From Vicugna vicugna (Eukaryota), in NCBI GenBank assembly GCA_013265495.1, contig MU057744.1, positions 372,001 through 436,000 of the forward strand: a stretch of DNA of 64,000 nt, given 5' to 3'. This document shows positions 38,760-52,458 of the stretch, in pieces (within the stretch, counting starts at the first letter, position 1; each line of letters opens with the position of its first letter). The notes beneath the pieces are model-generated. The model saw only the letters and a list, made by a program, of their open reading frames with translations, ran no database searches and was not told the DNA's origin. The translations under genes and the position numbers were made by a program.

Positions 38760-40884
38760 CAGTGGCTCTGACTGGGTCATGGGGGCCAACTGCAAAGTTC
38801 TCAAGGAATCTGTGAGCTGGTTATGAAGCACAGCCTTTATTAAAAATTAACTTATATAAACTTACAGTTAAGTACATTAAAAACAGAGGAAATAATTGGA
38901 TTCATGACTTCTTAGTTATCTCACTCTTGCCTGCGCTCCTGGGGTGATTTGCACCGACTGCACCCACGTGGTGGAAATCCCACAAAGCAGCGCTCCCGCC
39001 TGTCTTCCCCAGCCCTGTGGTCAGAGACGTCACGTTAGTAGCTTGAAGCTGGCTGTGGTGGGAACATGACCCATGGAAACTGGCAAACACTACAAATAAG
39101 GGTTTGGTTTATTGTTTTGCTGACTGTCTAGATTTAGTGACGGAGAAAATGTTAGTAATGCAGGTTAAACTTAAAAATGCGAAGTAAAACAAAACGACAA
39201 CCTACGGAATGGGAGAAAATTTTTGCAAATGAAACCAACAAAGGCTTGATCTCCAGAATATGTAAGCAGCTCATACGACTTAATAAGAAAAAACAAACAG
39301 CCCAATCCAAAAATGGGCAGAAGACCTAAACAAACAATTCTCCAGAAAGAAATACAAATAATCGATAGGCACATGAAAAAATGCTCAATATCACTAATTA
39401 TCAGAGAAATGCAAATCAAAACTATAATGAGGTATCACCTCACACCAGTCAGAATGGCCATCATTCAAAAGTCCACAAATGACAAATCCTGGAGAGGCTG
39501 TGGAGAAAAGGGAATCCTCCTACACTGCTGCTGGGAATGCAGTTTGGTGCAGCCACTGTGGAAAACAGCATGGAGATTCCTCAAAAAACTAAAAATGCAT
39601 TTACCATATGACCTGGGAATCCCACTCCTGGGCATATATCCAGAAGGAACCCTACTTCAAAAAGACACCTGCACCCCAATGTTCATAGCAGCACTATTTA
39701 CAATAGCCAAGACATGGAAACAGCCTAAATGTCCATCAACAGATGATTGGATAAAGAAGATGTGGTATGTTTATACAATGGAATACTATTCAGCCATAAA
39801 AACCGACAACATAATGCCATTTGCAACAACATGGATGTTCTTGGAGAATGTCATTCTAAGTGAAGTAAGCCAGAAAGAGAAAGAAAAATACCATATGAGA
39901 TCGCTCATATGTGGAATCTAAAATAAATAAATAAATAAATACAAAACAGAAACAGACTCATAGACATAGAATACAAACTTGTGGTTGCCAAGGGGGCGGG
40001 GGGTGGGAAGGGACAGACTGGGATTTCAAAATGTAGAATAGATAAACAAGATTATACTGTATAGCACAGGGAAATACAAGATCTTGCAGCTCACAGCAAA
40101 AGAAATGTGACAATGAATATATATATGTGCATGTATAACTGAAAAAGTGAGCTCTACACTGGAATTTGACACAACATTGTAAAATGACTATAACTCAAAA
40201 AAAAAGTTAAAAAAAAAACAAAAACAAATATCCTATGAACCGCTTAGAGGAGGTACCCAGAATACGCAGATTCATAGACAGAAAGTAGAACTGAAGTTAC
40301 CAGGGGTGACAGAAGGGGGCAGTGGGGGTTATTGTTTAATGGGCAAAGATTTTCAGTTTGGGATGATGAAAAATTTCTGGAAATGGACGGCGGTGATGAC
40401 TGTACAATACTGCAAATGTACTTACTGTACACTGGAAAATGATTAAAATGGTAACTTTAAAAAAAACGCGACCTGCCTGTGGCCATTCCATTGTGAAGAG
40501 TATGAAAAATTGAGGAAATACTCTTCCATTGTTCAAAACCTATTATCTGATTCAGCAAAGACGTCACTCACTTCCTCACTGAGAGTAAAGTCCTGTCACA
40601 CAGCTAAGTTGTCACTTCAGTCTTACCCTTTACCTTACAGGGAACAGTCGTGTCAGAGCTGCAGCTGTCAGCTGCAGCCGTGAGGAGGCTCCAGTGCAGT
40701 GGAAGCAGCCTAAGAATCGGTCGGCTATGTGGGACTCTGTAAGGAGGAGTATGACGTGTGATTATGGCTCCACCACGCGCTGCGCCGCCTTCACAGCGCT
40801 AAGATGCGCAGGAAACACGCACGCACGGGTGAGCATGCCTTCTCTTTAGAGAGCCGGCTGCCAAGCATCCCCAGCGCACCGCCG
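38760..40884 (+). mobile_element. MER63-like hAT DNA transposon, split by an L1 insertion at 39183-40461
   Basis: attaaaaattaacttatataaacttaca..., gtcacgttagtagcttgaag..., terminal gagagccggctg...ccagcgcaccgccg. Confidence 0.65.
39183..40228 (+). mobile_element. Young LINE-1 3' end with uninterrupted ORF2 C-terminus
   Basis: ORF 39313-39921 contains [17 protein letters not shown] (Cys-rich domain) and reaches the natural stop; 3'UTR and poly(A) follow. Confidence 0.95.
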
Positions 40885-41764
40885 CAGGCAGGCACCTTGG
40901 ACTGCATATGGCTCCCTCCCCGTGAAGCCTGCTTTTTCTCTCATGTTTGAAGCTGGCAACCACCCTCAAATCCGCCTCCTCCTTCTACATTCAATTATGT
41001 TACTTCTTAAAAGGTCGCGGCTTTAGCCCAGCCCCTCAGCAGCCCCCATCTGCACAGGCTCACCCCCTGCCCGGCCTGGGCACCGGCGCCACGCCGGGTA
41101 TCAGCCCTCCCGCCTTCCCTTGGTGACAGCCTCCCTCTCTGCCCCTCTCCCCTTCCCTCAGGCTCTCCACCCTCGCCCTGAGCTCTGCACTCCAGCCACA
41201 CAGGACTGTGTGGAGTCTCCTAAACACTCCAGGCTATTTCACACCTGATTCTACCACAGCACAGAGAACATCTTATTACACTGCTACACCCATTTCCTTC
41301 TTCTCAACTCCCAGCCCCCATGCAGACTCAGCCCATCCTGTACCTGTGTATCCACTACACACAGCACACTACCTGTATACACAGCACTCTTAATAACTCC
41401 TTGTGAAACTGGCAACTTACAGCCTCAGTACAAAGGCTTCTAATTAAATAAAGTCTTTGAAATATATGTAGAATCTGGCTCCTTCAGGGAAATGCAAGAT
41501 TTGAAAGTAAGCCATAAGCATAGAAATGCACACTTCCTTTTCACTAATGACCAATTAAGGCAGAACACCTTTTATAAACAACCAGCATTTAGAATAAAAG
41601 TATAAACAGCCTTGAATAAATCTGTTAATTAAATTATTGCACATATTTATCAAAATTTTTTTTAGTTACCTTAAATAGTCTTACTAGGTCCACAAAATCA
41701 CTCTGCCCCAGGAAGAAGTTTTTGGCTAATATCTGTTTCTATACAAACATCCCACCATTTTTAT

Positions 41765-42069
41765 AAAACAAATCACCAAGCTTACTAAATTTAAAGAAAA
41801 TATACTATGATAATACATAAATTACTGGTGATTGCCTGAAATGTCCATTTTACTCATTATATTTAGCTCCGAGTCATTCCCTTAATAGTTGTTGAGTACC
41901 TTACTCTGTGCCAAGTTAAAAACAAATCACCAAGCTTACTAAATTTAAAGAAAATACTTTGATAATACATAAATTACTGGTGAGTGCCTGAAATGTCCAT
42001 TTTCCTCATTATATTTAGCTCCGAGTCATTCCCTTAATAGTTGCTGAGTACCTTACTCTGTGCCAAGTT
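41765..42069 (+). repeat. ~153-bp tandem duplication (2 copies)
   Basis: aaaacaaatcaccaagcttact...ctctgtgccaagtt starts at 41765 and 41919, with a few substitutions and a small indel. Confidence 0.95.
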
Positions 42070-42800
42070 GGGTTTTAGGCGCTGGAAATACATCAATGAA
42101 AAAAATTGAAGCCCCTAGGCTCATAACACATATTCCACTAGGGAAAGACAAACAATTTATAAACATACAACTAAATATAATAAACATGCTAGTCAGTGGT
42201 AAGTATTATAGAGAAAAATAAAGCCAAGTGAGGGAGGACAAGGTTGGAATGGTACTGTTTAATATTAATGGTGCTGCCTGCTAAGGTGGTATCCAAGCAG
42301 AGACCTGAGGAACGTGAAGAAGTGAGCCACACGGACACACAGTGGAAGAGTGGGACAGGGAGGAGGAACAGCAAGTGCGAAGGCCCTGGGGCAGGAGCAC
42401 ATTTAGTATACTGAGGCACCGCACGGTGGCCAGTGCAGGGGACATAGATGTAGATGAGGTCACAGACCACAGTGAAGACTTGAGATTTCACTCTGAGCAA
42501 GAAGAGAAGTCAGCGGAGGGGTGTAAGCGGAAAACTGACATAATTAGCCTCACTTTAAAAGGACCACTCTGGCTACTGTACAGAAAATGAAACATAAGGG
42601 ATCAAGGGTGGAAGCAGGAAATTCAGACCGAGAGGCTTCTGCAGTGATCTAGGTGAGAGGTAACGGTGGCCCAGATCAGGACAGCGGTTCTGACAGTAGT
42701 GGTAATGGTGGTGAGAAGTTGGACTCTGGATATGATCTACAGGCAGCAGCAAGAAAATACGTCAATGGACTGGATGTGGCATGTGAGACAAAGAAGAATG
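42035..42800 (-). mobile_element. LINE-2 remnant
   Basis: tgagtaccttactctgtgccaag...gcaagtgcgaaggccctggggcaggag...tttaaaaggaccactctggct...ggactctggata. Confidence 0.7.
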
Positions 42801-43206
42801 AGGTAACAGAGTTTGTAAAATTTTAAAACCTTGTATTTTCCTGATGCCTCAACACCCCGACCTGTGAGCATCCTCTCCAGATGACTGGGTGCACTGGGGA
42901 CAAGGCTGGGCCCTGCCTCCTTGCCCCGCCCTGGGAGTGACCCAGTGACAGCCAAGCCCAACAAAGAAATGCCCTCACGCTTTCTGCTTGTACTTTCCAC
43001 CCTGACCTCAAATAAAGGCACCTGCCCGCGGTCCTCACTCTCTTGGGGCCCCACCTGCCTGCTGAGCCCGTTCCCTGGACGCTCCCCGTCATGTGGCGCT
43101 CTGCCGCCCTCTCAGGACCCTCTCCCAGGGTAGTTTTCATTGCCCTGGTGGAATGATCCATGAAGGCCCCACAAGGGGGACTTCCTCCTCCATTCGCAAC
43201 AAAACA
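42800..43206 (+). mobile_element. ERVL-class solo LTR (MER54/73/74-like) inserted into L2
   Basis: Internal AATAAA, ends ...gcaacaaaaca; L2-like sequence resumes on both sides. Confidence 0.45.
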
Positions 43207-43965
43207 CCGAGGTTTCTGGTCTGAGCACCTGGGAGAGAGGGGTCATTATTTTCTGCACCGGGAGAGACTGCAAAGGAAGTGCATTTTCCAGGTGGTTCTG
43301 GCAGGAGTGATGATTCTCAGTCCTTTCACGTGCTGGGCAGTGGCTTCTGTTCTCACTGCAATCATGAACTAGAGAAACCCATCTTGAAGAGGAATGGAAG
43401 CTGCTCTGAGCTAGACAGGAAATGTATAAATGTTCACTACTGGTGACAAGAAAATTCACAACTGCAATTCCCTTGTAGTGCTACTCAGTCACAAATGTGC
43501 AGGTTTAATGCCACCCTCAGGGCCTTCACTGCATATCAGTGACTTCACACTAGCAGAGAGCTACCGTCACATAACTAGAAGCCCAAACCTCCACACTTTG
43601 CCACCAGCCTTCACTACATCATCTTCAGAGGCTGGCTTCCCTGAGAAGACTAAGGCCTTGGGCTACTGATCTCGGAGTCACCTAACGTCAACGTGTGACT
43701 TGCGACCAAGGCTCGGGCCTGGAAGGGCGCTCAGGAAGAAGAGCAGGGCAGACTACACAAACCGCAGACCACACAACTACCCGGCACTACAGGACTGAAG
43801 GCAGTCCAGGTGTATCTCTGTAAAGTTAGTCAAAAGCATATAGACACACACGTGTCTAACAGAGAAAGACTTTTAAAGAATTGTTAATCTAAATCAAAGG
43901 AAAAAAACCAAAAAGCCAAAAAACAAAAACAAACCAAACCAGGTATTTATAAAAACAAGGTATGC

Positions 43966-44088
43966 TGGGTGGGTATAGCTCAACTGGTAGAGTGCGTGCT
44001 TAGCATCCTGCGTTCGATCGCCAGCACCTCCACAAAAATAAGTAAATAAACCTAATTACCGCGGCCCCCCTCCTGAAAATTATTTTTC
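43966..44088 (+). mobile_element. tRNA-derived SINE (Vic-1-like)
   Basis: gggtatagctcaactggtagagtgcgtgcttagc...taaacctaattacc; degenerate TSD containing aggtatg. Confidence 0.82.
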
Positions 44089-44321
44089 AAATGAGGTATG
44101 TTAACCAATGAACATATTCTTCTCCAAATATCTTTCAGCTTCAAGCCTTGGTTAAATTGACTTTTTGGGCCCCACTATATGGAGGAAAAACAAAACAAAA
44201 TAGCCACTTCTCCCAGGAAAAGAGGCCACGTATCTGAATTAACATCTCGGACTAAGCAAGAAGAGGTTTTTCGGGACACTTATTCAGCACATCAGGCAGG
44301 GTGTGAAATCAGGAAACCTAC

Positions 44322-44469
44322 CGCTGGCTCAGCGCTGGATGCTGTAGTGAGTGCTTCAGCCACGTGCTTCTTATAACGTTGCGAAGTTCATGGTTATTGC
44401 GAGCAGACAGCACACCAACCACCACATCATAGTGACTCGATTTCCACTGAGGAAGTAAGGTCAGTTGAT
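44322..44469 (-). CDS. B3GALNT2: B3GALNT2 exon 2
   Basis: tttctag| ... CG|gtaggt; (D)[48 protein letters not shown](R); 148 bp. Confidence 0.96.
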
Positions 44470-46424
44470 CTAGAAATGAACAACAATAAATCAGAAGTGT
44501 CATGTCTCAATGAATGTTGAGTTCAATATGTAACATAAAAATGTTTATTATAATATGAACCTATGTTCATGTTTGCAGAAAATACAACTAAATACAAAAA
44601 AATTTTTTTTTCCATTTTCTACATTTTGGTGTAGAGTCTTTTTGCTTCCACACCTAAGTATGCATCCATGCTCACGTTAAGTATGTAAATTCTTCAAAGC
44701 AAATAAGGTGTGTCTGAGAAGGATCAGTTTGGAAAGTCAATGTGACATAAACCATACAACAGTAGGTAGTAAGAGTCAATTAGACTGTAGTCAGAATCCC
44801 GGCTCTTTATTTAAATTTTTGAGCCTCAGTTTCCTTAAATAGAAATGGGTACAATAATACTTCTCATAGTTGTAAAAATTAAATAAGATAATGTGTATAA
44901 AGGTACTGGTTTGGTGCCAGGCAAATAGGAGGCATTCAACAACCACTAACAGCAACAATCAATGTGTTTTCGACGGTGAAGTCCCATATTAATATCAGTT
45001 ATTAAGTTCAGGAAGTGAAACTGAAGGACTACTAGAAAGAATCAGAATGCTTATTTATGTCAATAAATTCTACAGCCAGTAAACATTTATCACTTAAATA
45101 TTCTAAAGAATGAAGGAGGGGAAAAACATTTCTAGTTTAAAAAAAAATCAAGTGACAAGTCTTTTTTGCTGTCATTTTTATAACTCGTTTTCTTTACTGT
45201 CTTATTTAATGGGCAGGATTAGATTTTTAAAATTTGCCCTTAGAAAAAGACAGAGGGAAAGATACTCTTTTCCTATTTTTCATCACCAGTGTCAAAGCTG
45301 AAGAGCTACAAGCTTATATATAGCTCTGATTACGGACCCCATTTCATCTCTCTCTCCAGGGGTGGAAACTCCTCCAAAATGTTTCCAAAAATAACTTACT
45401 GAAGGCCAGAGGTCTTTACTATACTCAATGCGATGTTCTCATACACCATAGGATCTAGGTACTCAGGCAAAAGACAACAAAAGCAAGTTGATTATTTCTT
45501 CAAGGGAGAATAATTTCAATGCTTATGTAAAACTGGCAGTGATAATTCATTCCACTGCTCCCCAACTTTTTCAGAGACATATTAGTAGGAAGCATGTTTT
45601 ATTGACAGAAGCGAGGCAAACGCAGTAACCAGACACACCTGACATGGATTCTAAAGCCAACACGCTGCATAATATCAGTAAGAAGTTATTTAAATCCTTG
45701 TGCCTCAGTTTCCTAATCAGAGAAAACTGATACCAAGAAAAAGTCTTTATTTCATCTGTTTCAAAATGTCTTCTCCAAAGAATAAGGTTTCAAAGATTAG
45801 AAGAGCAAACACTGTATGTATCCTAAATGCCTCATTTATCTGACACTGCAAGAAAACAAGGTTGTTGCACAAAAGTAAAATTTCAAAATAACTGAAACAT
45901 CCCTTTAAATGCCAAACATCACCATCTTATTTGTGATGGGTAATCAAGATAAATCTTTAAGGGATGGATTACATAAGACATATTTTAACCGCCTCCTGAT
46001 GACAAGATCGTCTTAAACATGTCTCCAATCACTCTCTCTCATCCTTAATTCCAGCCACAGCTTCTGCTCAAGAGTATCTTTCACCAGGACCTATAAGGGT
46101 ACCCTAATGGTTTCTCCCAGACTTCTCCATATCTCCAAAGAAGATTCTTCTAAAAATAAACGAGTGGATATGAAGATACCCACGTGGTACGTGAAAACCT
46201 CATGGATTACAGCTGTAAAGTACTTTTTGATCTTATTCCTCCTCTCTGCCACTGTCAATCCTCTCTGCTTCTAATCCATGTCTAAGCTGCTTCTGTTGAA
46301 CTGCTTTACTTTACATGTGTTTCTTTTTCTTGCAGAAGAGAGGTACACGGCAGATTATGGCCTTTTAGAGAACTTCTACTTATATGGCCTTTAACTTCTA
46401 CTTCCAGATATATGGAAAAGAGGG

Positions 46425-48432
46425 TTTCTAAAAGACTCAACCAAAAAACTGCTAGAACGAATAAACACTTTTGGTAAAGTTACAGGATACAAAATTTTAT
46501 ACAATAGCAAATGATCAGGAAGAGAAATTAAGAAAACAATTCCAATTTCAACTGTATCAAAAAGAATAAAATACCCTGGGATAAATTTAACCAAGGAGGT
46601 AAAAGGTCTGTACACTGAAAACTATAACACATCGATGAAAGAAAACGAAGATGAAAGTAAATGGAAAGGTATTCTATGGTCATAGGTTGGAAGAATTAAT
46701 ATTGTTGAAATGTCCAAACTACCCAAAGCAACCTACAGATTCAATGCAATTCTAATCAAAATTCCAATGACATTTTTCACAAAAATAGAACAGATAATCC
46801 TAAGATTTGTATGGAACCACAAAAACCTCAAACAGCCAAAATAAACTAGAAAAAGCAGCACAAAGCTGGAGGCACAGGCTTCCTGGTTTCAAACTACAGT
46901 ACAAAGCTACGGTAGTACTGCATTGACATTAAAACAGATACACAGATAAATGGAACAGGATAGAGAGCCCAGAAATAAACCCATGCATGTATGGTCAATT
47001 CACTTACAACAAACGAACCAAGAACATTCAATGGGGGAAAGGACAGACTCAAATGGTGTTGGGAAAACTAGGCAAGGACGTGCTAAACATGAATGAAAGT
47101 GGACCACTAACTTACGCCACACCCAAAAATCATCTCAAAATGGATTAAAAACTTGAATGTAAGACCTGACACCATAAAACTTCTATAAGAAAACACAGGC
47201 AGTAAGCTCCCTGACATCAGTCTTGGCGATGATTGTTTGGATTTGACACTAAAAGCAAAGGCAACAAAAGCAAAAAATAAACAAATGAGACGACATCAAA
47301 CTAAAAAGCTTCTGCAGAGCAAAGAAAACCATCAATGAAATGAAAAGGCAGCCTACTGAATAGGAGAAAACATTTGGAAATCATATATCTGATTAATATC
47401 TAAAACATATAAAGAACTCATACAACAAGAGCAAAAAATCAAAGAATTTGATTTAAAATTGGGCACAGGATCTGATAGATATCTTTCCAAAGAAGACATC
47501 CAGATGGCCAGCAGGTAAGTGTGAAGGTGCTCAACACCACTAATCATCAGGAAATGCAAATCAAAACCACAGTGAGATTTCACCTCACATCTGCTAGAAT
47601 GGCTATCATCAAAAAGACCAGAAACAACAAGTGCTGGGCAAGGATGCGCAGAAAAGGGAACCCTCGTGCACTGCTGGTCGGAATGTAAACTGGTTCAGCC
47701 ACCGTGGAAAACAGTATGGAGGTTCCTCAAAACACTAAAAGCAGAATTACCACATGATCCAGCAAGTCCACTTCTGGGTATTTAGCTGAAGGAAACAAAC
47801 ACACTCCCTAGCAAAGATAGATGAGTGGGGATGCAATGTGTGATAATGAACTTGGGCTTGTTCACTGCAGCATTATCTTCAAAAGCCAAGACACAGGAGC
47901 AGCCCAGGTGAATGAAGAAAGAAAGTTGTGTTCTCTACACAATGGAATATCATTCTGCCATAAAAAAGAAGGAAATCCTGCCATCTGCAACAACATGGAT
48001 GAACCTTGAGGGTATTATGCTAAGTGAAATTAAGTCAGATGAAGACAAATACCATATGATCTCATTCATATGCAAAATCTAAAACAAAACACTATATTCA
48101 CAAATACAGGGAACAGACTGGTGTTTGCCAGAGGTGAGAGGAAGAGAGTGGGCCTAACAGACGAAAGGGGTCAAAAGGTACAAACTTCCAGTTATAAAAC
48201 AAGTAAGTACAACACAGTGGCTACAGTCAAGAATACTGTATTGTATATTTAAATGTTGCTAACGAGAGGAGATCTTAAAAGTTCTCATCACAGGAAAAAA
48301 AGTCTGTAACTATACGCAGGGATGGATGTTAACTATACATACTGTGGTGGCTGCTCTAGAATACGTATGTATTTTGAATCATTATGCTGTACACCTGAAA
48401 CTACTGTAATTTGTCAATTATATCTCAAAAAA
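46425..48432 (+). mobile_element. Decayed LINE-1, ~2-kb 3' portion
   Basis: Continuous L1 ORF2 similarity (aaagactcaaccaaaaaactgctagaac...aaatacctgggataaatttaaccaaggagg...) through the 3'UTR to caattatatctcaaaaaaa. Confidence 0.9.
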
Positions 48433-48987
48433 ACCTGGTTTCTTCTACCATGTACCATCAATGTAAATCAGCCCAACACCTGGGAGTGCTGTGTTACACA
48501 GTATGAAGCCCGAAGTGAATTTTCAGTAACTGCCTCTGTGAGACTGCGGCCCGGCTTCCCAGTCCCCTCACCAGGACTGGGCTCTCTATGCTTTCGTCAC
48601 CCTCTACTCAATGTCGTAAGTATAGGGCACCTAGTTTGACTCTGGTGTTTGGAAACAGAAAAACAAAAAACAAAACCAAAAAAACTAAGAAGTAAACACG
48701 AGGCAAAAAGAAAGATAATTTACAGAAGAAGAAATGCAAATAGCCAACAAACCTATGGAAAAAGTTTTAATTTCACTAGGAATCAAGTTTGAATTAGAGC
48801 AACGAGATACCACATTTATTCTAGATTCAAATGGACAAATTATCTTCTTAAACTATAATACCCGAATGACTGGAATTTTGATAGTTATTTCAACGAAATG
48901 GCTACTTTCCTCTGCTGCTGATAGCAAAGTAATTTGGTATCGTATTCTGCAGGAAGATTTGCCAACTTGTATCAAATAGCTCAGAAC

Positions 48988-49130
48988 TGGGGCAACGGTA
49001 TAGCTCAGTGGAAGAGTGGGTGCTCAGCAAACATGAGGTCCTGGGTTCAATCCCCAGTACCTCCAGTAAATAAACAAACAAATCTAATTACCTCCCCCTC
49101 AAGTTTAAAAAAAACACAAAAACAGAAAAA
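48988..49130 (+). mobile_element. tRNA-derived SINE (Vic-1-like)
   Basis: A and B boxes plus tail; degenerate TSD aaatagctcagaac / aaatacctcagaac. Confidence 0.85.
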
Positions 49131-49513
49131 CCCAAATACCTCAGAACAGCGTAACTTTTGTCCAGCAATTCCACGGCTAAAGAGCACACTGTAAAGAAAT
49201 AATCAGTGATACACTGAAAGATCTCTATCCATCAGTGTCATTTATTAATAGTGAAAAGCTGAAAACTACATTCATGCACAAAAAAGGCACTAAATTATGG
49301 TGTATCTGTATGCTAGAATACTATGCAGCCATTAAAATTATGTTTTAAACATACCAAATGCAGTTGTACGTCATATTAAGATAAGCAGGCTATAAGAACT
49401 AGGCACATGGGTTTCATTTATATAAAACACAAAAGAAGGCAAATCTGCCATCACGGACCAGGTAGTGGTTCCCACTGCTAGCAGTGACAGATGGGACCAT
49501 AAAGGCAGCTTCT

Positions 49514-49634
49514 AGTGGGCAGGATATAGCTCAGTGGTAAAGTGCATGCCTAGCATGCACGAGGTTCTGGGTTCAATCCCCAGTACTTCTGTTTAAGATA
49601 AATAAATCTAAAATAACCTCCCCCATTAAAAAAA
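49514..49634 (+). mobile_element. tRNA-derived SINE (Vic-1-like)
   Basis: tatagctcagtggtaaag...ggttcaatccccagtac...aataacctccccc + A tail. Confidence 0.85.
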
Positions 49635-49661
49635 ATTTTTTTAAGTGTGGGAGGGTAAAAA

Positions 49662-49780
49662 GGGGGGCGAGTATAGCTCAAGTGGTAGAGCGCGTGCTTA
49701 GCATGCACAAGATCCTGGGTTCAATCCCCAGTACCTCCGTCAAGTAAACCTAATGACCTCCCCCTTCAAAGAGAAAAAAG
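49662..49780 (+). mobile_element. tRNA-derived SINE (Vic-1-like)
   Basis: tatagctcaagtggtagagcgcgtgcttagcatgc...ggttcaatcccc. Confidence 0.85.
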
Positions 49781-50699
49781 AAAATGGAGACATTATTACC
49801 AATTCTGCAGAAATAAATTATTAGAAGACAGTACTATGAACAATTGTCCGTCAACAAATTGGACAACCTAGATAAGATGCACAAATTTTTAGAAAAACTA
49901 AAAAAACTATCAAGACTGAATCACAAAGAAATAGAAAATCTGAATCGACCTATAACTGTCAGGAGATTGAATCTGTAATCAAAAATCCACCCCTCCCCTA
50001 AAAAAAAAACCCAAAAAGAACCAAAAAGAAAAAAAAAAGGAAGCATCTGACGTGTTGGTAGTTTTCTTGTTTTTCACTTGGGTGCTGATTAGTTGGGTGT
50101 ATTCCATCTGTGAAACCACATCAAGCTCACATTTACATGTACTTTTTCTGAATGTACATAAGTCCCCAAAAAAACTATTTTTAAATACTAAATAATTCCC
50201 CCAAACATGTTTTATATTCATGTGCATTCAAAAACTGCTCAGTACAGATCATTTTTCTTTTTAAAAAGTAATTTCAAATTTTTCTGTAAAGCACTTGTTT
50301 TACTTTAGTAAGAAAAAAATTCCACCGTAAGATCATCATGAAACGTGACAAGATTCATATTTTGCCAATTTTATTCTTTTAATTCATTCTTTCAAATTAC
50401 TGAGCACCTCCTAAGATCACTGTTCTAGATGGCAAATACATAGCAATAAACAAATCTTCATAATGTTAAGAGTAATTAAAACCCCACCCAGGCTTCCTGA
50501 AGGCAACGACTTTAATATGTAATATATCCTGAGAGTCTGGCAACCGCAAGGCTCTGCACTGGAAGTGGACATCCAAAAGTTCATGAAAGACCAATGGAGG
50601 CTGACTTCAAAACCGATGGTTCAAAATCAGCCCAAAGTATCCAGGTGGCAGGCACTGTGCTAGCAAGCATCTGCATGGGTTAACTTCACATGTAGTGGG

Positions 50700-51020
50700 G
50701 AGACGGCGGGGGAGAGAGAAATCAGAAGTTTGGGATTAACAGGTACACTACGTATAATATATATAAAGTTACATATATACTAAATATTTACTATATGTAA
50801 AATATATATATACTATAAATTTACTATACATAAAATAGGTAAACAACAAGGACTTACTGTACAGCACAGGGAACTATATTCAGTTTCTTGTAATAACATG
50901 ATGGAAAAGAATTTGAAAAGAAAAAATATATATGTGTATGTATAACTGAATCACTATGCTGTACATCTGAAACTAACATTGTAAATCAACTACGTTTCAA
51001 TAGGAAAAAAACAACAAAAT
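50700..51020 (+). mobile_element. LINE-1 3'UTR tip with internal TA-rich expansion
   Basis: gtttgggattaacag...(TA-rich)...aacaacaaggacttactgtacagcacagggaactatattc...A tail. Confidence 0.85.
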
Positions 51021-52458
51021 AAGCACAAAGATTCTTAAAAAATCAGACCAAAAGTTCCACTCTTGTGTACATGCTCTTGGATGACATCAATCACATATGG
51101 ACAGAAATCTTGAAAATGAAGAAAACATGCAAGTTCCTCACAGACCTACGGAGAAGGACAATTACACACACTGCCAGCGTGCTCTTGTCAATTTCAGGTC
51201 CCGCCCAAAACACTTCCCTAGCGTCTGCCACTGTCACACTACCGCTCCTCCCTAAAATTCACAGGGTGTTCACTATGAATCCAGCGCTGTCCTGGATGTT
51301 TTATTAACCGAATCTCCACAATAACCCTATCAGGTCATCATTTTATAAATAAGAAAACCAAAAGAGAGAGACAAGATTAGCATATAGGGATCATTTTGGA
51401 CAAACCAGCCCCAGGCCAGACTACAAAGCCAGCTCAATTTGTCTCTGACCTTTGACTTACTCCAACAAACTGCGAGCACCTTGAGAGCAAGGACTAGGTA
51501 CCTAGCACCATACCTGGCGCTCTAAGCATTTGTTGAGGGGATAGGCTTCTTTCCTTTCTCTTTGGCTCCCTTTCCAAATATCCTAGAAACAGAAAGTTTC
51601 TTCTGTCACATCGTTTTTCTAAATTAACTGTTCAATAATTCCTGTGAAGTCATTACCCAAAGCCAACATGTTCTAATCAGGCTCTCCTGTATATCTACTC
51701 CCTGGTCCAATGCTAGTCTCCGCCTCCACTTTCCTCACCCCAGGGGCACTGCGTTTCCCGGCAGGAGCCCAGTTTCCTCCTCACCAGTGGTTCTCCCGTC
51801 TGTGCTTCACCTGCTTAAGATGAGCCGCCACATCAGATGAGCAACGGGGGAGGGGGGGGTGTGAACGTGACAGGCTCACTGCATTCAGGCTCCTGCCCAA
51901 CCCTCCCTTCTTCACAGTGGCCTCCTCCGATCGCCCTATTTAAAACAAAAGCACATCCTTCTCTATCCTCTTCCACTGCTTTATATTTGTCACCGCACTT
52001 GTCTTTCTCCCCTATGACATTTAATCATTGTTTTCTTATGTTGTCTCCCCTTCTAAATCATAAACTGCACGAGGGCAGGGACTCTATCTTGGTTGAGCTG
52101 TAATTCCACACCTACAACAGGAGTTGGCACAGAGAAGGCGCTCAAATATTTGTCGAGTCGACTGCAAGTGAGAGGGCCTTTTTCAATATTCAGGGAAGGT
52201 AAATCTCCCTTTCAGAAAAGACTGCCATGACTTAATGAGACTGAAGACAAAAGAAGGCAGCAGAGTAAAGAGAACAAAACCAAATCTTAAAATGTTAATT
52301 CAAAGGAAGAATACTTAACAAAATCTTGGGTTTTCTCTCTCGCTTCAGGCTTAAGAGATAAGCGCAGAGTGTAAAAATGTTCAGATGTTTTAGTTTGAAG
52401 TGGTGACAACACAATGAGAAAAGCAGCTGTGGGGAATTTTAACAATCAAGATGTTTCT

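Noticed and set aside
39313..39921. 202-aa intact ORF as a host gene
   Set aside because: C-terminus of L1 ORF2p in a young 5'-truncated insertion; intactness reflects age.
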